The notes beneath the pieces are model-generated. The model made no database searches and was not told where the DNA came from. It saw only the letters and a list, made by a program, of their open reading frames with translations. Both the position numbers and the translations under genes were made by a program. This document shows positions 50,201 to 58,433 of a DNA stretch of 64,000 bases, piece after piece (the first letter of the stretch is position 1; each line of letters begins with the position of its first letter). Origin of the DNA: Aulosira sp. ZfuVER01 (GTDB lineage Bacteria; Cyanobacteriota; Cyanobacteriia; Cyanobacteriales; Nostocaceae); the NCBI GenBank assembly GCA_034530615.2, contig JAVRCV020000061.1:1-64000 (forward strand). Direction: 5' to 3'.

Positions 50201-50304
50201 TTTCCATAGTGGTGTTGGGTGGTTTGGTTACCTCTACAGCATTGACATTGGTAGTTATACCTGCGTTATATGCTAAGTTTGGCAAAATTTTGTTACCAAA
50301 ATAA
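47233..50304 (+). CDS. CusA/CzcA-family heavy-metal efflux RND permease (CopA-like of copBAC)
   Basis: 1023 aa; LDVFP, APEEVE, NTMTLGG, VDDAIVDAEN, RNG, ERL..ILMTA, GKEILQP. Confidence 0.95.
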   Translation: MLSAIIKWAIARRWLVVLGAIILMIGIFRTIIQMPLDVFPSFAPPQVEIQTEAPGLAPEEVESLVTLPVESSINGTPGVTAVRSSSAAGISVVNIIFDWGRDIYQARQLVTERLQQAQSKLPAGVETPQISPTSSPIGTVLQYAFTSQTTPLMEVRRLVDWQVTNRLLAVPGVSQVVAYGGDIRQYQVLVDPEKLKAFNVTLADVEEATAAANINAPGGYLITPDREKLIRGIGRIESIEELQQSAITARNGTPVKISDVANVQIGAAIKRGDGSFNGEKAVIIMINKQPQADTPTVTRAIEQAIAELKAGLPKDIKVTPTFRQENYIDASIENLRDALIEGSIIVAFILIPFLMNWRNLAICLSVLPLSLLIGIWLLNWLGQGLNTMTLGGLGIAIGSAVDDAIVDAENVYRNLRENKYSPNPRPVLDVVFDGCQEVRDSVFGATIITIVVFTPVFALGGVEGSIFIPMGLGYMAAVIASTLTALTITPALCAILLPYGHLPESEPWVARFFKRLYYPLLTFSLRRSGIILAIATASTVAVIAIAPAFGRVFLPEFQEQTLVNTITLYPGVSLEATNAAGYAIQEALKGDSRFPYVQLRSGRAPGDGDAAGVNLAHVDIELSREAIKDREGTIKKLRQEFAKLPGVAPNIGGFISHRMDEVLSGVRSAIAVKIFGSDLAQLRTLGSQVNEVMKTVNGIVDLQLEPQVPIEQIQIKFNRTDASRYGLTVGKISQIIETALNGRVVSQILDKQQTFDLLVWLKPDARQNLDTIRNLLVDTPNGQKIPLAQVAAIENGTGPNTINRENVSRLIVVSANTSGRDLRSIVNEIQEKVNQQVHPPPGYYIQYAGQFEAQERATQNILISSAIAFVAIAVIMYISVKSIPSTAMIMINLPLALVGGVFSVALSGGIISIASLVGFVTLFGVATRNGLLLVDNYNNKFAEGMPLKETLIKGSMERLNAILMTAFTSALGLAPLIADSGPGKEILQPLSIVVLGGLVTSTALTLVVIPALYAKFGKILLPK

Positions 50305-50328
50305 TGAATTTAATTGAGGATTAAATCT

Positions 50329-50814
50329 ATGAATTCGCTCAAATCTAGCTTGATGATTGTAGGAAGTATCGGGTTAATTTTTTTAGGAGCTTGTAGTAAT
50401 AATCAACCAGCAGCTAATACAGAAAATAAGCCAGCTACCTCTAGCGCCAATACTCAGCCTTCAGCTACATCTGTTACTACAACAGCAGGGCAACATGGTA
50501 AATCTCATGGCGGTCAAGTTGTAGAAACAGGAGCTTACCATTTAGAGTTTGTTCCAGAGAAAGAAGCTAATACAACTCACATGGATTTCTATGTACAAAA
50601 AGGCGACAATCATGAAGCCATACCTGATGCCAAAGTTACGGCTCAAGTTCAGTTACCTGATGGTAAACAAAAGACAGTTCCCTTTACCTATGATGCCCAA
50701 GATAAGCATTACACAGGTTTATTAAAAGAAAGTTTAACTGGTCAGTATCAGGTGAAAATTAATGCAGATATTAAAGGTAAAAAAGTAGATGGGCGGTTTA
50801 ATTTTAATCGTTAA
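50329..50814 (+). CDS. Metal-cluster lipoprotein (CopC-like of cyanobacterial copBAC)
   Basis: Lipobox LGAC; HGKSHGGQVVE, YHLE, HMDFY, KHY; directly downstream of the RND gene. Confidence 0.7.
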   Translation: MNSLKSSLMIVGSIGLIFLGACSNNQPAANTENKPATSSANTQPSATSVTTTAGQHGKSHGGQVVETGAYHLEFVPEKEANTTHMDFYVQKGDNHEAIPDAKVTAQVQLPDGKQKTVPFTYDAQDKHYTGLLKESLTGQYQVKINADIKGKKVDGRFNFNR

Positions 50815-50943
50815 ATGTGGGAGCATCCCACTTTTTTAATCAATACCCTAGAAGTGTATTGCTACACGAACAAAGCCTGCTTTGGCAGGCTTTTGTCACT
50901 AGAGCCAGTGGCTTCAGCCTTTAGGCGGTGTGTTGGGTAAGTC

Positions 50944-51157
50944 TGAAGCAACTTCCGTCTTCCCTGAATCAACTTCAGGGTTGACGTTTCCGTGTTTCGC
51001 GTAGTCTGAAGTAACTTCAGGGTTCTTTGAATTAACTTCAGGGTTGACGTTTCCGTGTTTCGCGTAGTCTGAATTAACTTCAGGGTTCCCTGAATCAACT
51101 TCAGGGTTGACGTTTCCGTGTTTCGCGTAGTCTGAATTAACTTCAGGGTTGACGTTT
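50944..51157. repeat. Composite array of ten 21-nt modules with a 63-nt higher-order period
   Basis: Module A tgaa(t/g)(c/t)aacttcagggttNNN and invariant module B gtttccgtgtttcgcgtagtc arranged (A A B)x3 A. Confidence 0.92.
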
Positions 51158-51220
51158 GCGGCTTATACGCAACCTACAGTAGCTCCCGCTTTCACTTTTT
51201 CGTGTTTACCCTAGACTGTA

Positions 51221-51325
51221 ATACAATTTCACTAAAAATATGATGCAGACGCAAACTCTGGAACCTTTGCTGAGTCTCAATTTCTTAATTTTGAATTTTG
51301 AATTTTGAATTTTGAATTGGTATAA
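51221..51325. mobile_element. MITE-like element, second copy of the 47128-47230 family
   Basis: atacaattt...aattggtataa ends; shared 45-nt segment. Confidence 0.6.
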
Positions 51326-51440
51326 CAGCTTCCACCTTGAAATTTTTAGCTTCAGCCTGCGCGTACCAAACACCGTTAAATTAGCACACAGCATTCCCCA
51401 TTTACTTCAATGCTCCCAGCCAACAGTCAACAATTAATAT

Positions 51441-52175
51441 ATGCGAGTACTACTAGTAGAAGATGAAGCAGATTTAGGCGGTGCTATTAAGCGAACTCTT
51501 ACCCAACATAAATATTTAGTAGATTGGGTAGTCGATGGTAACGATGCATGGGCATATTTAGAAAATAGCTGGACACAATATACACTAGGTATTTTTGATT
51601 GGATGCTACCAGGAATATCAGGATTAGAATTGTGCAAACGCCTACGCCATCATAAAAATCCTTTACCTGTGTTAATGCTCACAGCCAAAGACAGCATGGA
51701 AGATAAAGTTGCTGGGCTAGATGCTGGTGCAGATGACTATTTAGTCAAGCCATTTGGCATGGCGGAATTATTAGCAAGATTGCGAGCATTACAGAGGCGA
51801 TCGCCTCAATTTCAGCCACAAGAATTAACTGTTGGCAGTTTAACTCTCGATTATGGTAACAATTTAGTTGTCAGTCAAAATGCTGCGGGAAATAAACAGG
51901 AAATTCCTCTTACAAATAAAGAATTTCAGCTACTAGAATATTTTATGAAGCACCCAAACCAAATTGTCAGCACAGAACAAATTCGCAATCAGCTTTGGGA
52001 AGTCAGCGCAGAACCAGTTAGTAATGTTGTAGCAGCACAAATGCGTTTGCTGCGTCGCAAACTAGCTAATAGTGGTTGTGAAAACATGATTGAAACTTTG
52101 CATGGTATGGGATATCGTTTGAATCTTACAGAACCATACCAAGCTTCTAGTTCACAACAATACCAAAACCTCTAA
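51441..52175 (+). CDS. OmpR-family response regulator (RppA/CopR-like)
   Basis: VEDE, DWMLPG, MLTA, GADDYLVKPF, LTNKEF, IETLHGMGYR; atypical C-terminal tail overlapping the antisense gene. Confidence 0.93.
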   Translation: MRVLLVEDEADLGGAIKRTLTQHKYLVDWVVDGNDAWAYLENSWTQYTLGIFDWMLPGISGLELCKRLRHHKNPLPVLMLTAKDSMEDKVAGLDAGADDYLVKPFGMAELLARLRALQRRSPQFQPQELTVGSLTLDYGNNLVVSQNAAGNKQEIPLTNKEFQLLEYFMKHPNQIVSTEQIRNQLWEVSAEPVSNVVAAQMRLLRRKLANSGCENMIETLHGMGYRLNLTEPYQASSSQQYQNL

Positions 52176-52956
52176 GCATTTTTGGTAAGTGATCGTCAAG
52201 ATTCTTAATATGTTCATCAGTAAGTTCAATCAAATTGAACTCATATTTTTGATAAATACGCTGCTTTTCTCTTTTACGTGATAGATATTCTAGATCGTCT
52301 TCATAGCCCCAATACTCAATATAAACTCTACCTGAAGGGATATAAAAATCACAGTAAATTTCTTCTTCAACAGGGAGTTTTCGTTCATAGGCGTGAACTA
52401 AACCAGCCATATATAGCCAATTATCGATTGATAACTCAGCTTTTGAACGAACCCAATGTCCGTCTGTTGCGCGATAATTTCCCGCATGAAACTTCTCACG
52501 AAACTCTAACTTTCCGTTATCAGTGTTTGATTTAGATTCTGCATCATGTTCACTTACTTTGCGAAATGAGTCAATGAAGATTTGATTATTAAATATTTCT
52601 TCCGTCCAGATAACGTAAGGCTTATTCTCTTTGCCATCATACTTTTGAACTGCCCCAAAACTCAGCCCTAAACGTGTAGCTAACCAACCATTCTGAACTT
52701 TATCTAATAATCCGAGTTCAGCAAGTATAGGATTAATAGCATTCCTAGACAAACCAAGTCGCTCACTGATTTTGGTAGCTGATAGCAATGTAAAGGTAGA
52801 TGAGGGAGGCTGAGAATTAAGGTGAGGAGAAACAGCTTTAGAACCTAGAGAATTGTTTACTTTTAAATTATTTGCTTTCCAATGCTTGTAGCACAGTGTG
52901 TAACCTGGCTTTGAAACTAACTGGTTGCAGCCTGACACGGTACAATGTTCTGTCAT
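52147..52956 (-). CDS. Hypothetical Zn-finger + winged-HTH + PD-(D/E)XK-like nuclease protein
   Basis: CxxxxC...CxxH N-terminus; LSATKISERLGLS HTH; DGHWVRSKAE...IDNWL...CDFYIP...YIEYWG nuclease-like core. Confidence 0.65.
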   Translation of the reverse strand: MTEHCTVSGCNQLVSKPGYTLCYKHWKANNLKVNNSLGSKAVSPHLNSQPPSSTFTLLSATKISERLGLSRNAINPILAELGLLDKVQNGWLATRLGLSFGAVQKYDGKENKPYVIWTEEIFNNQIFIDSFRKVSEHDAESKSNTDNGKLEFREKFHAGNYRATDGHWVRSKAELSIDNWLYMAGLVHAYERKLPVEEEIYCDFYIPSGRVYIEYWGYEDDLEYLSRKREKQRIYQKYEFNLIELTDEHIKNLDDHLPKMLRGFGIVVN

Positions 52957-53218
52957 TTTGAATTACTGTTGTCTAGTGAATCTCCAGAACATATATAGCA
53001 TTATAAAAGATTATCAACAGCCGAATTAATACTAGTTATTAATTAAATGCGTAAAATCTGATAATGAAGACGTAGGTAGTAGCAATCGTAGAATTATCTA
53101 TATAAATATTATTTTGATGATTATCAACCACTTAATGAACTGTGATGCTTCCTACTCTTTGCGATCGCACCAGGTTATTTTCCTGGATACGGCTACGGCT
53201 GCTAATGATATCTTCGTT

Positions 53219-54610
53219 ATGAATCAAAATAAACTATTTCAACAAACCCGCCTGCGTTTAGCACTGTGGTATGCGCTGGTTATGGCTGTAATTTTAAGCA
53301 TCTGCGGATTTGGCATCTACAGAGCAATCTCCCATGCCCATTGGATGACATTAGACCGAGAATTAGAGTCTGTGGCGGGAACTTTACACGATACTATTGA
53401 ACTGAAACTACAAAAACCTGGTCAATTGGAACCAGTAATACAGCAACTTTTACCTAATATTTGCGTAGTTGGTAAAAGTTGTATTCAAGAAACAATACAT
53501 TCCAAGCGGCATATTTTAAGCGCTATCAATCAAAGCAATTACTATGTACGTTTTTTCGATAATTCAGGACGCTTAATTGCTATAGCAGGTAGTCATCCAC
53601 AGGAGTTACCTAGAGCATTAAACAAGGAACTTTGGCAAACTCTTAAAGACAGTAAAGGCAATTTGTATCATCAAATTTCCTTTGTTTTGCATACCCAAGA
53701 AAATCGCGATTGGGGTTACATCCAAGTAGGGCGAAGTCTTGCGGATTTCAAGAGTTATCTGGTAGCGGTAAAACTCACTTTAGTATTTGGATTACCAATC
53801 ATAATGCTTTCGGTTGGTGTTGCTAGTTGGTGGTTAGCAGGATTAGCCATGCAACCGATTTATCGCTCATATAGGCAAATCCAACAATTTACAGCTGATG
53901 CAGCACATGAATTGCGGACACCTTTAGCTGCAACTCAAGCGACAGTAGAATCAGCACTGATGATGCCTCATCTAGATGAAACAGAAGCGCGGGAAATTCT
54001 CCAAACTACACAACGTCAAAATCAGCGACTTACAACTTTAGTGACAGATTTACTGCTGCTGACTCGCCTGGATCGTCAATCAGTGCCACTGCAACGTGAA
54101 ATTTGCTGTTTGGATGATATTATCAGCGACTTAATAGAGGAATTTGCAGCTTTGGCGATCGCAGCCGATATTAAACTCACATCTTCAATCCGGGTTTCCC
54201 AGCCACTAAATGTGATTTGCAATGAAGATCAGCTTTATCGTTTGTTTTCTAACTTAATTGTCAATGCCATTCAATACACCCCATCAGGCGGAAAAGTAAC
54301 GGTTTCCTTAGACCGCAGTGACCATTATGCCGTGATTCAGGTGCAAGATACAGGCATTGGTATTCCCCAACAAGAGTTGACACGAATTTTTGATCGCTTT
54401 TATCGAGTGAATAGCGATCGCTCTCGCACCACTGGCGGTTCTGGATTAGGATTAGCGATCGCTCAAGCAATTGTCCAAGCACACCACGGTAGCTTAGATG
54501 TGCAAAGCGAATTAGGTAAAGGTAGCACTTTTACAGTTAAGCTACCCCGCCAGAATTGGGGAATGGGGACGCGGAGAAATGACAAATGCCAAACCCCAAA
54601 TGACAAATGA
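53219..54610 (+). CDS. Membrane sensor histidine kinase (RppB/CopS-like)
   Basis: MNQNKLF start; two TM segments; DAAHELRTP; NLIVNAIQY; DTGIGI; FDRFYR; GSGLGL. Confidence 0.92.
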   Translation: MNQNKLFQQTRLRLALWYALVMAVILSICGFGIYRAISHAHWMTLDRELESVAGTLHDTIELKLQKPGQLEPVIQQLLPNICVVGKSCIQETIHSKRHILSAINQSNYYVRFFDNSGRLIAIAGSHPQELPRALNKELWQTLKDSKGNLYHQISFVLHTQENRDWGYIQVGRSLADFKSYLVAVKLTLVFGLPIIMLSVGVASWWLAGLAMQPIYRSYRQIQQFTADAAHELRTPLAATQATVESALMMPHLDETEAREILQTTQRQNQRLTTLVTDLLLLTRLDRQSVPLQREICCLDDIISDLIEEFAALAIAADIKLTSSIRVSQPLNVICNEDQLYRLFSNLIVNAIQYTPSGGKVTVSLDRSDHYAVIQVQDTGIGIPQQELTRIFDRFYRVNSDRSRTTGGSGLGLAIAQAIVQAHHGSLDVQSELGKGSTFTVKLPRQNWGMGTRRNDKCQTPNDK

Positions 54611-54636
54611 CAAGTGAGGAACGGTAGAATATACCT

Positions 54637-54747
54637 CAATACTTGTCGGTTAAGGGGAAAAGGGGAAGGAGAAAGGGGAAAGAAAAAACCTTTAACCTTT
54701 TCCCCAAACCCAATTCCGAGTTAAAAATGCTTAACCGAGCAGTATTG
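54637..54747. mobile_element. 111-bp MITE (Nezha-like) with 18-bp TIRs and a 10-bp target duplication
   Basis: TIRs caatacttgtcggttaag / cttaaccgagcagtattg (16/18 match); gaatatacct duplicated at 54627-54636 and 54748-54757. Confidence 0.9.
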
Positions 54748-54784
54748 GAATATACCTAATTTTCGTAGCTTCAAAAAACGAAGT

Positions 54785-55531
54785 ATGACAATGCATTCAT
54801 CTCTTCAACGTGCTTTTGCCAACCGCTGCGTCCTGAAAGCGATCAGCGGTTTAAATAACTTTGATAGCGATCGCGTCGCCGCTACTATCAAAGCTGCCGA
54901 TCTTGGCGGTGCTACTTTTGTTGATATCGCTGCCGATGCTGCTTTAGTACAATTAGCGAAAAAGTTAACCAATTTACCAATTTGCGTATCAGCAGTAGAG
55001 CCAGAAAAATTTGTGGAAGCTGTGGCAGCTGGTGCAGATTTGATTGAAATCGGGAATTTTGATTCTTTCTACGCTCAAGGACGGAGATTTGAAGCTGAGG
55101 AAGTTTTAGCACTAACTCACCAAACTCGTGCCTTACTGCCAGAAATCACTCTATCTGTGACTGTTCCCCACATCCTAGAACTAGATAAACAGGTACAACT
55201 AGCTGAGGAATTGGTGAAAGCTGGCGCTGATATTATCCAAACCGAAGGTGGCACCAGCAGCAACCCAGCACATCCCGGAACCTTGGGCTTAATTGAAAAA
55301 GCTGCCCCCACCTTGGCAGCAGCTTTTGAGATTTCCCGTGCAGTTTCAGTACCCGTATTGTGTGCTTCCGGCATTTCTAGCGTCACAGCACCATTAGCGA
55401 TCGCCGCTGGTGCAGCTGGTGTTGGTGTTGGTTCTGCGATTAACCAACTCAACAGCGAAGTAGCCATGATTGCCGCTGTTCGTAGCATTGTAGAAGCCTT
55501 GGCGACTGCCAATAGCCGAGCGATCGCTTAA
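54785..55531 (+). CDS. ycf23: DUF561 / Ycf23 family protein
   Basis: ISGLNNFD, GGATFVDIAAD, IEIGNFDSFY, IQTEGG, CASG. Confidence 0.85.
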   Translation: MTMHSSLQRAFANRCVLKAISGLNNFDSDRVAATIKAADLGGATFVDIAADAALVQLAKKLTNLPICVSAVEPEKFVEAVAAGADLIEIGNFDSFYAQGRRFEAEEVLALTHQTRALLPEITLSVTVPHILELDKQVQLAEELVKAGADIIQTEGGTSSNPAHPGTLGLIEKAAPTLAAAFEISRAVSVPVLCASGISSVTAPLAIAAGAAGVGVGSAINQLNSEVAMIAAVRSIVEALATANSRAIA

Positions 55532-55533
55532 TT

Positions 55534-55650
55534 AGGGCATGGGGCATGGGGCATGGGGCATGGGGCATTGGGCATTGGGCATTGGGTATTAGTAGTTAGT
55601 TATTTCTTCCTCCCCCTGCTCCCTGCTCCCTGCCCCCCTGCCTCTGCTAC
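55534..55650. repeat. STRR heptamer run (gggcatg/gggcatt) and cctgctcc-type 8-mers between convergent genes
   Basis: About 7 consecutive gggcat(g/t) units, then ccctgct units. Confidence 0.85.
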
Positions 55651-56792
55651 CCCAAGCAATCTTTCAGGGCATAAATCACTTGGTCTTGCTGTTCTTGTGT
55701 CAGTTCTGGGAACATGGGTAAAGATATTACCTCATGACAGATTTGCTCTGCTACTGGTAATTGCCCTGGTTGATAGCCCAGATTTTGATAAATTGGCTGT
55801 AAATGTAAAGGCAAGGGGTAGTAAACCATTGAACTCACGCCCCGTTCCTGCAATTGCTGACGCACTGAATCGCGATATTTGGCGGTAGCACCGTTTCGCC
55901 CTTCACCGGAGATGCGAATTGTGTATTGATTCCATACTCCAACGCCCCCAGTTAATTCATGAGGTGCGATGATACCGGGAACTTGGCTGAGGAACTGGTG
56001 ATAATAAGCTGCGATCGCTCGTCGTCTTTCATTCCAATTATCTAGATGACGCAGTTTAATTTCTAGAATCGCTGCTTGTATCGCATCCAAGCGGCTATTT
56101 ACACCAATTTCTTCATGGATGTAGCGAACTTTGCTGCCATGATCTCGTAATACGCGCAGTTTGCTAGCAATCTCTGGGTCATTAGTTGTGATTGCTCCGC
56201 CATCACCGCAGCCGCCAAGGTTCTTAGTGGGGTAAAAACTGAAGCATCCAATGTGTCCAATGCTGCCAACTTTTTGATCGTCCCAGGTTGCGCCTGTAGA
56301 TTGGGCACAATCTTCAATTACTGCCAAATTGTGAGATTGAGCGATCGCCATCAGCGCTGTCATATCTACAGGTTGCCCAAACAGATGAACTGGGATAATG
56401 GCTTTAGTTTTGGGTGTAATTGCCGCTGCTACCTGCTGTAAATTGAGATTAAACGTATCATCAATATCAACAAAAACTGGCTTGGCACCTACAGCACTAA
56501 TTACTTCAGCCGTAGCAATAAAGGTGAAAGTTGTCGTAATTACTTCATCACCTGCACCAATATTCAAAGCGCGTAGCGAGAGAAAAAGTGCATCAGTACC
56601 GGAATTACAAGCTATACATTCAGTTACACCATGATAAGCGGCTAACTGTTTTTCAAAACCTTCTACTACAGGCCCACCAATATAACGACCAGAAGCCAGA
56701 ATCTCTAATACAACTGCACTCACCTCTGCTTCGAGAGTGGAGTATTGCTGTTTAATATCAAAAGCAGGAACAGAATTTACACTTTGGATCAT
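55647..56792 (-). CDS. DegT/DnrJ/EryC1/StrS family PLP aminotransferase
   Basis: NSGTDAL, PVHLFGQ, IEDCAQS, SFYPTKNLG, NSRLD. Confidence 0.93.
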   Translation of the reverse strand: MIQSVNSVPAFDIKQQYSTLEAEVSAVVLEILASGRYIGGPVVEGFEKQLAAYHGVTECIACNSGTDALFLSLRALNIGAGDEVITTTFTFIATAEVISAVGAKPVFVDIDDTFNLNLQQVAAAITPKTKAIIPVHLFGQPVDMTALMAIAQSHNLAVIEDCAQSTGATWDDQKVGSIGHIGCFSFYPTKNLGGCGDGGAITTNDPEIASKLRVLRDHGSKVRYIHEEIGVNSRLDAIQAAILEIKLRHLDNWNERRRAIAAYYHQFLSQVPGIIAPHELTGGVGVWNQYTIRISGEGRNGATAKYRDSVRQQLQERGVSSMVYYPLPLHLQPIYQNLGYQPGQLPVAEQICHEVISLPMFPELTQEQQDQVIYALKDCLG

Positions 56793-57053
56793 GAGTTTTT
56801 ATTGATCTGGAAATACAAAAGATGCACTTCGACGGTCAATTGTTGCTGATTGAATTGTGAATCAAAAAGCCGGGTTAAGACTGTCACCTAAGCTACGCAT
56901 CACTGAGGGTTTATACCGGGATTATTTTATAAGGAAGGCTAACATGGTTTTGTGCAAAAAGGTATTGTATATCAACCAAGAGCCAACACCGAGAATCTAA
57001 GTTCCTAGTGTGTAGACTGTTCTAAGAATAAAATCTCAGGAGGTAAATAACCA

Positions 57054-57833
57054 ATGCAAGATCTCATCAAGCTAGATTTGGCTGATTTGGCGATCGCAAT
57101 TGGCTTAATGGCGATTGCGGTTGGTTTATCTGCTTGGGAAAAATTAGGACTAGAGTTTAACTTCGTCGTCGCTACCGGGAGAACTATTCTCCAACTAGTC
57201 GTCTTGGGATACGTTTTAGACTTCATCTTTGCTGTAGACAATGTTTGGGCAGTTTTGGCGATTTTACTAATTATGCTGACGATTACGGCGATTGTCTCAC
57301 GAAACCGCATCAGCCAAAAACTTCCCCGCGTGTTGCCTTGGGTGTGGGGGTCAATTTTTGTGAGTACAGCATTGACAGTGCTTTATAGCATTTTTTTGAT
57401 TATTGAACCAGAAAGATGGTATGAACCCAGGTATATCATTCCTTTAGCTGGGGTTGTGTTAGGTAATGCCATGAATGCAGCTGCGATCGCTGGAGAAAGG
57501 CTGGTAAATACTATCAATTCATCGCATTTAGAAATAGAAACCCACTTAAGCTTAGGCGCAACTCCCCAGCAAGCCATTAGCCAGTACCGCAGAGAAGCCA
57601 TTCGCGCTGGATTGATTCCTACTTTAAATCAAATGATGCTCATCGGTATGGTTGCATTACCAGGAATCACCACTGGACAGTTATTAGCTGGAGTCAAACC
57701 GCCAGATGCTATATCTTATGAAATTTTGCTGGTATTTATGGTTGCTTTTGCTAACTTGCTAACAACATTGTTAGTCACGCGAGGATTATGTCGTCAGTTT
57801 TTTAACTCTGTTGCCCAGTTGGTGAGATTATGA
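57054..57833 (+). CDS. fetB: Iron export ABC permease FetB (UPF0014)
   Basis: RTILQL, PRYIIPLAG, LGNAMN, LSLGAT, LPGITTGQLLAG. Confidence 0.85.
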   Translation: MQDLIKLDLADLAIAIGLMAIAVGLSAWEKLGLEFNFVVATGRTILQLVVLGYVLDFIFAVDNVWAVLAILLIMLTITAIVSRNRISQKLPRVLPWVWGSIFVSTALTVLYSIFLIIEPERWYEPRYIIPLAGVVLGNAMNAAAIAGERLVNTINSSHLEIETHLSLGATPQQAISQYRREAIRAGLIPTLNQMMLIGMVALPGITTGQLLAGVKPPDAISYEILLVFMVAFANLLTTLLVTRGLCRQFFNSVAQLVRL

Positions 57834-57883
57834 GGATTTCAATTTCCCATGTTGTATTTAAGTATTAATAAACAATAACAAAT

Positions 57884-58291
57884 ATGAACATAGAACAAGA
57901 AGACTTATTAGAAATTACTAAAAATTATCTTAAAGCTATAGAAGAAGGCAAAACAGCGGATGAACTTGCTTTTTTTTATTCTCAATCAGTAGAGCAAATA
58001 GAATATCCCAATCGTCTAATACCTAATGGAGCCAAAAGAAATCTTCATGATTTAAAGGAAGCTTCATTAAGAGGTAAAGAAGTAATAATCAGTCAAACTT
58101 ACGATATTCAAAAATCTTACGTTGTAGGTAAAACAGTAATTTTAGAAACAATCTGGACAGCTAAAATAGCTGTTTCCATTGGACAAATCCCATCTGGGGG
58201 ACAGATGAAAGCTTATTTTGCTCAATTTATTGAATTTGAAGATGGCAAAATAGTTCGCCAGAGGACATACGACTGTTTTGAACCATTCTAA
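57884..58291 (+). CDS. SnoaL/NTF2-like protein
   Basis: EYPNRL.PNG, FEDGKIVRQRTYDCF. Confidence 0.8.
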   Translation: MNIEQEDLLEITKNYLKAIEEGKTADELAFFYSQSVEQIEYPNRLIPNGAKRNLHDLKEASLRGKEVIISQTYDIQKSYVVGKTVILETIWTAKIAVSIGQIPSGGQMKAYFAQFIEFEDGKIVRQRTYDCFEPF

Positions 58292-58433
58292 GGTCGCGTG
58301 CAATTAATAATAGTTTCAGGCTGAAATGACAATGTTGTAGTTTTGCTACGATATTTCTCCTATAGTGGAACTAATTACTGCCTCTAAAGTCATATTTACT
58401 TATAAAAAAATTCGTGAATTAGGTAATTAAGAT

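Noticed and set aside
50944..51157. CRISPR or mini-CRISPR array
   Set aside because: The apparent spacers are identical to each other; this is a tandem higher-order repeat.
53114..53218. N-terminal extension of the sensor kinase
   Set aside because: Belongs to the inferred inserted segment; MNQNKLF at 53219 is the more plausible start.
55553..55888. 111-aa ORF on +
   Set aside because: Starts in a gggcat heptamer run and is antisense to the DegT-family gene.
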